A stretch of DNA of 64,000 bases from Phoronis australis (lineage: Eukaryota > Animalia > Phoronida): positions 1,399,801-1,463,800 of the forward strand of contig NMRA01000030.1 in the NCBI GenBank assembly GCA_002633005.1. Direction: 5' to 3'. The translations under genes were made by a program, and so were the position numbers. Each line of letters begins with the position of its first letter. Position 1 is the first letter of the stretch. Below the pieces are notes generated by a model. The model had not been told where the DNA came from. It searched no databases and saw nothing but the letters and a program-made list of their open reading frames with translations. Positions 58,461 through 64,000 of the stretch are shown piece by piece.

Positions 58461-60389
58461 CTAGTGAATATACAACAGGCAACAGTCAGAAGAATTGTGC
58501 TTTGCCACTTAATTTTCTTCTCAATAAATGCCTCTTACCATCAGAATGACAAGGCAGGTGAAGTACGAAAATTATTAATTAAGAGCCCAGTTGTTCTTGA
58601 AAGGATTTCTCTCATGTCAAAAGAAACCTAACTATAAAGTAATGTTAAAGTGATAGTAAACACTTGTTTTCTTTCCAAAAACCAAGTTGGCACTTATGAT
58701 TTAGACATGTGGGCTCAGCAAGAATTGTTATGATTTCTTCAGATCAATATCATGAAATTTCAGGTCACACACTGACCGCAGTCACTGTCACTGTATGAAG
58801 AAATCACGAACTATCAGTTATTTTCAAGTTCACTAATCACACCGGTTATGACTAAGGGACAATTTTGAGACCTATTTCATAAGTCAGTGGTCTAAATCAA
58901 AATTAGTTATTCAGACAGATAGCACAGTTTTATTAGTACTTTAAAAAAGAGTCTAATAGAGAAGAAAAATCTGAAATTAGATGATAGACATTGTCATTCA
59001 TCCTCGAGAACTAATTGATGTGCATATAATAAGTTAAAATGTCTGCAAAACTACTTTTATTTTCTCTCCCTGTTGCAGAGCTGCCTTGTTCAACCTGGGC
59101 AAAAGTACCCCCAAAATAGTATAACGGTGCAAAGCCCTGTATTTCTTGTCCAGGAACGCAGGCAAAGGGCAACACAATTTTTTGCGAGAATCAGTCGAAA
59201 ACCCAACAGAAGGAGTTTGGTGGCCCAGCAATGTCTGGAGGACATATAAGGGAGAATTTTTCTTGATTGATAATTTGTGAATCTGATAACAAATATGAAA
59301 AATATTTTGAACAAAGCCCGATGAAAGACATGGAATTTGTATGTATTTTCTCTGCTCAATTAATACCCAAAAGCTCCAGACTACCTCAGAAACTAGGCTG
59401 GAAAGACCCCATTTACCAAACCAATTAAACAACTGAGTAAACAACTTGATTAAGCAGGTAGTCTGTAGTGAAACCTAGTCATTGTTAGCCATCAATCAGA
59501 AGATAGACAAATTATCTGAGATGGTTTCCATGTCTTGTGGCTGACATCTTCATCAGTCATGTTTTGCTTTGCCACCATTGGCATGGAAAACAATACATTT
59601 TATACTGGGCTAAGACAGCAACCACATTCATAGCATTAGGGGTCTGCATGATCCAGATCAACTCCCCATCAAGCAGACGACTAATGCCATGAATAGAGAG
59701 AAAAGAAGCTGTTCTCCATTTAGTCTAGAAAACAAAATCTTATTGTTTTCCACACCAGTCAGCATGAAAACTGAGCATCATTGAGTAAGATGTCAACTAC
59801 AGGACATGCAATTAATCTGAATTATGATAATTCGTCACTTATTTAACACACAGAATTGCACACAGGTGAAATTCTACTTAGTCAAATCTCTCCCAAAAAT
59901 AATGATTCAGATACTTTTAGTATGTTACTAGCATGGTTTGTATGGAGATGTCACAAACAACTTTAAAATTTTCTATTATTTGCAGTAAAGTCATCAGCTG
60001 TTGAAAACGGAAAAAATGACAATTTTAGAAATTATTTTTGTGTGAAATAGGTGGAGATTAATGTACTTGGGTTAATTTTTGGTGGAAGGTTAAGAAAAAG
60101 CAAGATTCACCAAGTATACTTAACAAATGGTACACTCTGAGGCCTATCACTAATTTCAAAAAGCTGCTACAACTGAGAGAAGCTTTTTCCATGCTTTGTG
60201 AGGTATGCCAGTAAACAGATGACATGGTGTTACTTACTAAATCTTCTGGGACATCCAAAACAACACCCTACTCACAAGGGTCCAACAGTCGCTAACAAAA
60301 TCTCCTTTGCAAAAATATGTTCGTGGCTCTTGTAAGTTACAGCAGACGAATAACAAAGCCAGAACTAAAAGGAAGTCCACGCAGGACAA

Positions 60390-60609
60390 CCCAGGGCATA
60401 AAATCACCCACATGAGATAAGTTCACAGCAGCTCCCATAGAGAACACCCCCAGGGCATAAACCCACCCACGTGAGATAAGTTCACAGCAGTTCCCATACA
60501 GAATACAACAGGGCATGAATTCACTCACATGAGATAACTTCAAAGCAGTTCCCAAAAGAATACCCCAGGGCATGAACTCACCCATATGAGATAAGTTCAA
60601 AGCAGTTCC
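60390..60609. repeat. ~58-bp minisatellite, 4 copies
   Basis: Unit approximately CAGGGCATGAACTCACCCACATGAGATAAGTTCACAGCAGTTCCCATAGAGAATACCC; starts at 60392, 60451, 60509, 60566. Confidence 0.92.
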
Positions 60610-62970
60610 AGAATCAAATGTCCCGTTTACATACTGGCCATAATGTTAGCGTTTTGCTTAGCACGTTGGCTACCAGCAAAACTCCAGTAATCCAAATGGA
60701 TTCCAGTCATTCGTTTGTGCTGGTGTTTTGCCACAAATAGTTACCAGTGGCTGGTGACTATTCGCTTGCAGCAAGAGCGCTAACTCATCAAGGTGCAAAC
60801 ATTATGAGGTGACAGTGTCTTTGTTTACATGGGTGGTGAGGACAAAACTAACTGCTGGCTAAAATGGCCTGTTGATAAACAACACACCTGTCTGCCTGAT
60901 AGGTGGTTTTCAATGAAAAGCAACTGATGTTTTTGCCTCTCATTTGAAACTAGTAAAAATCAGATTGCAATGAAGAACCAGACTAAAAGAAGTCACTTAG
61001 TATATTCAAGCTGTATTGCAAGTCACACCATGGCAGAGTCCTAATTTGTACAGATCAATAATTAAATAACATTTCACAACTGACAGAAATGAATATATCA
61101 TCACTGCATTGGAAAAATGTCTTAAAATTCTTATTCAGTAAGACCCTGGTATGTAAACACTTACATGAATAAAGGACAGAAACAATGAGCATTTTATAAG
61201 ACTTTCAAAAAGCATCATCATTACAATAGTTTTTAATAAAACTATCATTGGCTCCAATCACTTGCAAATATGTAGGGGACACTTAAGTGCAGAAATTTGG
61301 ACTGCAAGCTATGAGTGGTAAGACCCAAGTTTGAAAGCTGTGTTTTCAGGTAGACTACAGCATTGCACTCCTGCCTCCCTGCTTCAGCCTCAACTCAATA
61401 AGGGAGTGAATGAGAGAGCACCTATGACAAACCATACTCAGCACTAATAATGAGCCACTCTTCTTGTCAATTTACATGGTTATTAAACTAATGCATCCGG
61501 TTTTTAAAACACATTTAGAATGCACAGTAAAAAAGAATCACTGCCTATTGAACATCAATTGTCATTGTCAAGTGGATGGTAACTGCTGCTCAGTCACACC
61601 AAATGGTAAATTCATACTCTCCCCTCATTACACACCTCTCCTGTACACAGCACATAGCTGGTAATGTCACATTCAACACTAAGTCTCACCTCTCCAATAC
61701 AAATCAGCAGCAAACATCTGTTAATTTCACATTCACATGACAGATACTCCAGCTCTCCTGTACACATGCTCTACAGATACTTTGCAATCAAATGGAAGGT
61801 CCTAGCTCCACAGTATACATCTACACATCTACAGCAAATACTTTTCACATTCAATCTGCAGAAAGTTCCACACAACACTGTTATTTTCATATTTTCAAGG
61901 CAAAAACTCCCAGCCCTCCTCTACACATCTACGACAAATACCTAATTCCATAATATTACATGCCATAAAGTCTCAATTCAAACACTGACTATTCAAGGGA
62001 ATGATAAAATCATTAAAAAACCAAGAAATTACAAAATTAAAAGAAGCCATTTAGATTCACCATACTCAAAGTCAAGCATGAATCATTATACATAGAAGTA
62101 AATGAGGTGTTGTGAAATATCAGCTTTGTCAACAGGGTAAACATCTGAATCCATCAACATTGTCATGATTACTAAACATTTGATGCACTCAAAACAGGAA
62201 CAGCAACTCTTTAAATCTGCATCAAACCACACAAACATTTCTCAATCATCTGACCAATGTTGTTGCCTTGGTTGAAGATCATTTTGAAAGCTGTGGTATT
62301 AACTGACGTGACACCACAGCATGTACTGTAGAAGAGAAGTAGCTCCGAAATAGGAGCAGTAGAATGCAGTATGTGTAATTAATGGGTGTAATACTACAGG
62401 GCACAAGTGGTGAGTGTTTGCAATTAAAACTGATTATTTCACAGATATTTCTCACTTCACATGGCATAGACCTTTGGTGAAAAATATTCACTGATCCCTT
62501 ATCCTTAAAAACACCTTGGTAATGAAAATGGCTGCTTGGCAATGTATTTTAACAATGAAGAACCATCAGATCTCCCAACAGATTTTATCGAGTACCAAAT
62601 GCACAATGGAAATCGGATGGATTGTTCTGTCAATTATGCAATTCCAGCCAATCAAGATTCAGAAGCATGCAAACGCAATAACAGTTGGTCATCTTTGTCT
62701 CGTTTCAAAGGAAAGCATTGATATGGTTTTACAGATACAGTGGGGACTGGGGCACTGCAATGTAGATCAATGATTAATGGAGTGCTATAATGAAGGAAAG
62801 AGACTATCCCTCACAAAAGTAAAGCAGACTTCATGAACGAGTACAAAGGGAATGAAATTCAACTTCATGTTTCAAAATATTTTGATTTTATTTTATCTCA
62901 CTTAATATAGCATCTAATGTGAATTAAACATAAAACATACTCATGGCTTACAGGCATGCCACCTATGGAA

Positions 62971-63054
62971 ACATGACCTCATCAACAGCCAAGACAGTTT
63001 CTTATTCCCCACACATGGCCTCATCAACATCCAAGATAGTTTCTTATTTCCCAC
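62971..63054. repeat. Two-copy 42-bp tandem repeat
   Basis: ACATG(A/G)CCTCATCAACA(G/T)CCAAGA(C/T)AGTTTCTTATT(C/T)CCCAC occurs twice. Confidence 0.88.
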
Positions 63055-63233
63055 ACCAGACCACCTGTGGACACTGAAAACTCAGATACAGTCAAATTCT
63101 ACGGAGGCATTTTTCCCCCATTGTCATTTGTATCATTAAATAGCTTAACAACCTGTCTTGTCACTAAACATAGGAGTACAAAGTAAAAAACCGTTCTTGT
63201 GAACATTGACCAGTCAATGGGCTGGTGTAAACA

Positions 63234-63518
63234 ATGAGTGGCTCAAAGGCTCAGTATCATGCATATACCACAGCGTACGTAACTATGAGTGGCACAAAGC
63301 CTTGATATCATGTATATACTACTGTGTAACTACGAGGGGCTCAAAGGCTTGATATCGTGTATATACCACTGAATAACTATGCGTGGCACAAAGCTCTGAT
63401 ATCATGTATAAACTACTATGTAACTACGAGGGGCTCAAAGGCTCGATATCATGTATATACTACTCTGTAACTATGAGTGACTCAAAGGTTTGGTATCATG
63501 TATATACCGCTGCATAAC
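63234..63518. repeat. 47-bp minisatellite, 6 copies
   Basis: Unit approximately ATGAGTGGC(A/T)CAAAG(C/G)CTTGATATCATGTATATACTACTGTGTAACT. Confidence 0.92.
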
Positions 63519-64000
63519 AGTTCTTTTGCTTCTTCAGGCGGCATTTTCATAATGTGTACACTGACTGTTTCAGTGAAATATTATCTAAAACACATTGTGG
63601 AGAATCTACTGCAGGGATGCTCTTGCATAAGACTTCCAGTGCATCGACTTTGGACTTGCAGGACTATAGCAACAGAAATTATGGTGGGCGTGGCCTGAAT
63701 GCCTTCGTAGGAACTATCCATTGAATGTACAGGTAGTAGTAAGCTGTTTATTTAACTCAAGGTGCCCAATCAAATGAAACCAAGCATGGTAACTTACCTT
63801 TACTTAGTGACAAATGGGTTTTCAACCAGTACATCACTGAAAACTAGCCTGACAACTTAAACTTTAAAACGGTACCATCTCAATGTTGTTACTAAGCAGA
63901 CACAATAAAATGTTACACATAATATTGACCAGTAAAACACCAATATCTACAAACAACAATCTATGAAAACAAGACACGCTCAAACAAATCACAACAAACA

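Noticed and set aside
13434-63518. Short-period repeat arrays (13434, 19690, 25289, 60390, 63234) as CRISPR arrays
   Set aside because: The units are contiguous with no unique spacers, there are no cas genes, and the context is an intron-containing animal genome; these are minisatellites.
58461-64000. Further upstream YLPM1 exons
   Set aside because: No segment matching the expected acidic or nucleotide-kinase region was recognised; they probably lie beyond the window or were missed by eye.

Overview
AT-rich, intron-containing animal genomic DNA, most likely from a marine invertebrate (possibly a lophotrochozoan; the species cannot be determined). Three host genes can be reconstructed with GT-AG splicing and consistent reading phase: (1) a minus-strand, selectin-like type I membrane receptor (signal peptide, C-type lectin, 5 sushi/CCP domains, TM, cytoplasmic tail; 17787-27056); (2) the Hlx/H2.0-like homeobox gene on the plus strand (31458-35455, 4 exons), head-to-head with it; (3) the last two coding exons of YLPM1/ZAP3 on the minus strand (57844-58460). 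The remaining sequence is dense with decayed mobile DNA. It includes an ISL2EU element (THAP transposase plus SAP-SWIM-YqaJ remnants, AT TSD) and an Academ element (TTC TSD) with a Kolobok nested in it. There are three TTAA-flanked Kolobok derivatives: two carry the THAP transposase 5' end and one carries a P2X7-ballast-like second ORF. A Naiad-type Penelope-like fragment retains a GIY-YIG remnant and a minimal hammerhead ribozyme next to (TA)n. Also present are several MITEs, two DNA-type elements carrying tRNA-like Pol III boxes (one a tandem bipartite hairpin element of unknown class), and several minisatellites. All calls come from motif recognition by eye, and no searches were run. I found no clearly new biological system; the most unusual structures are listed as findings.
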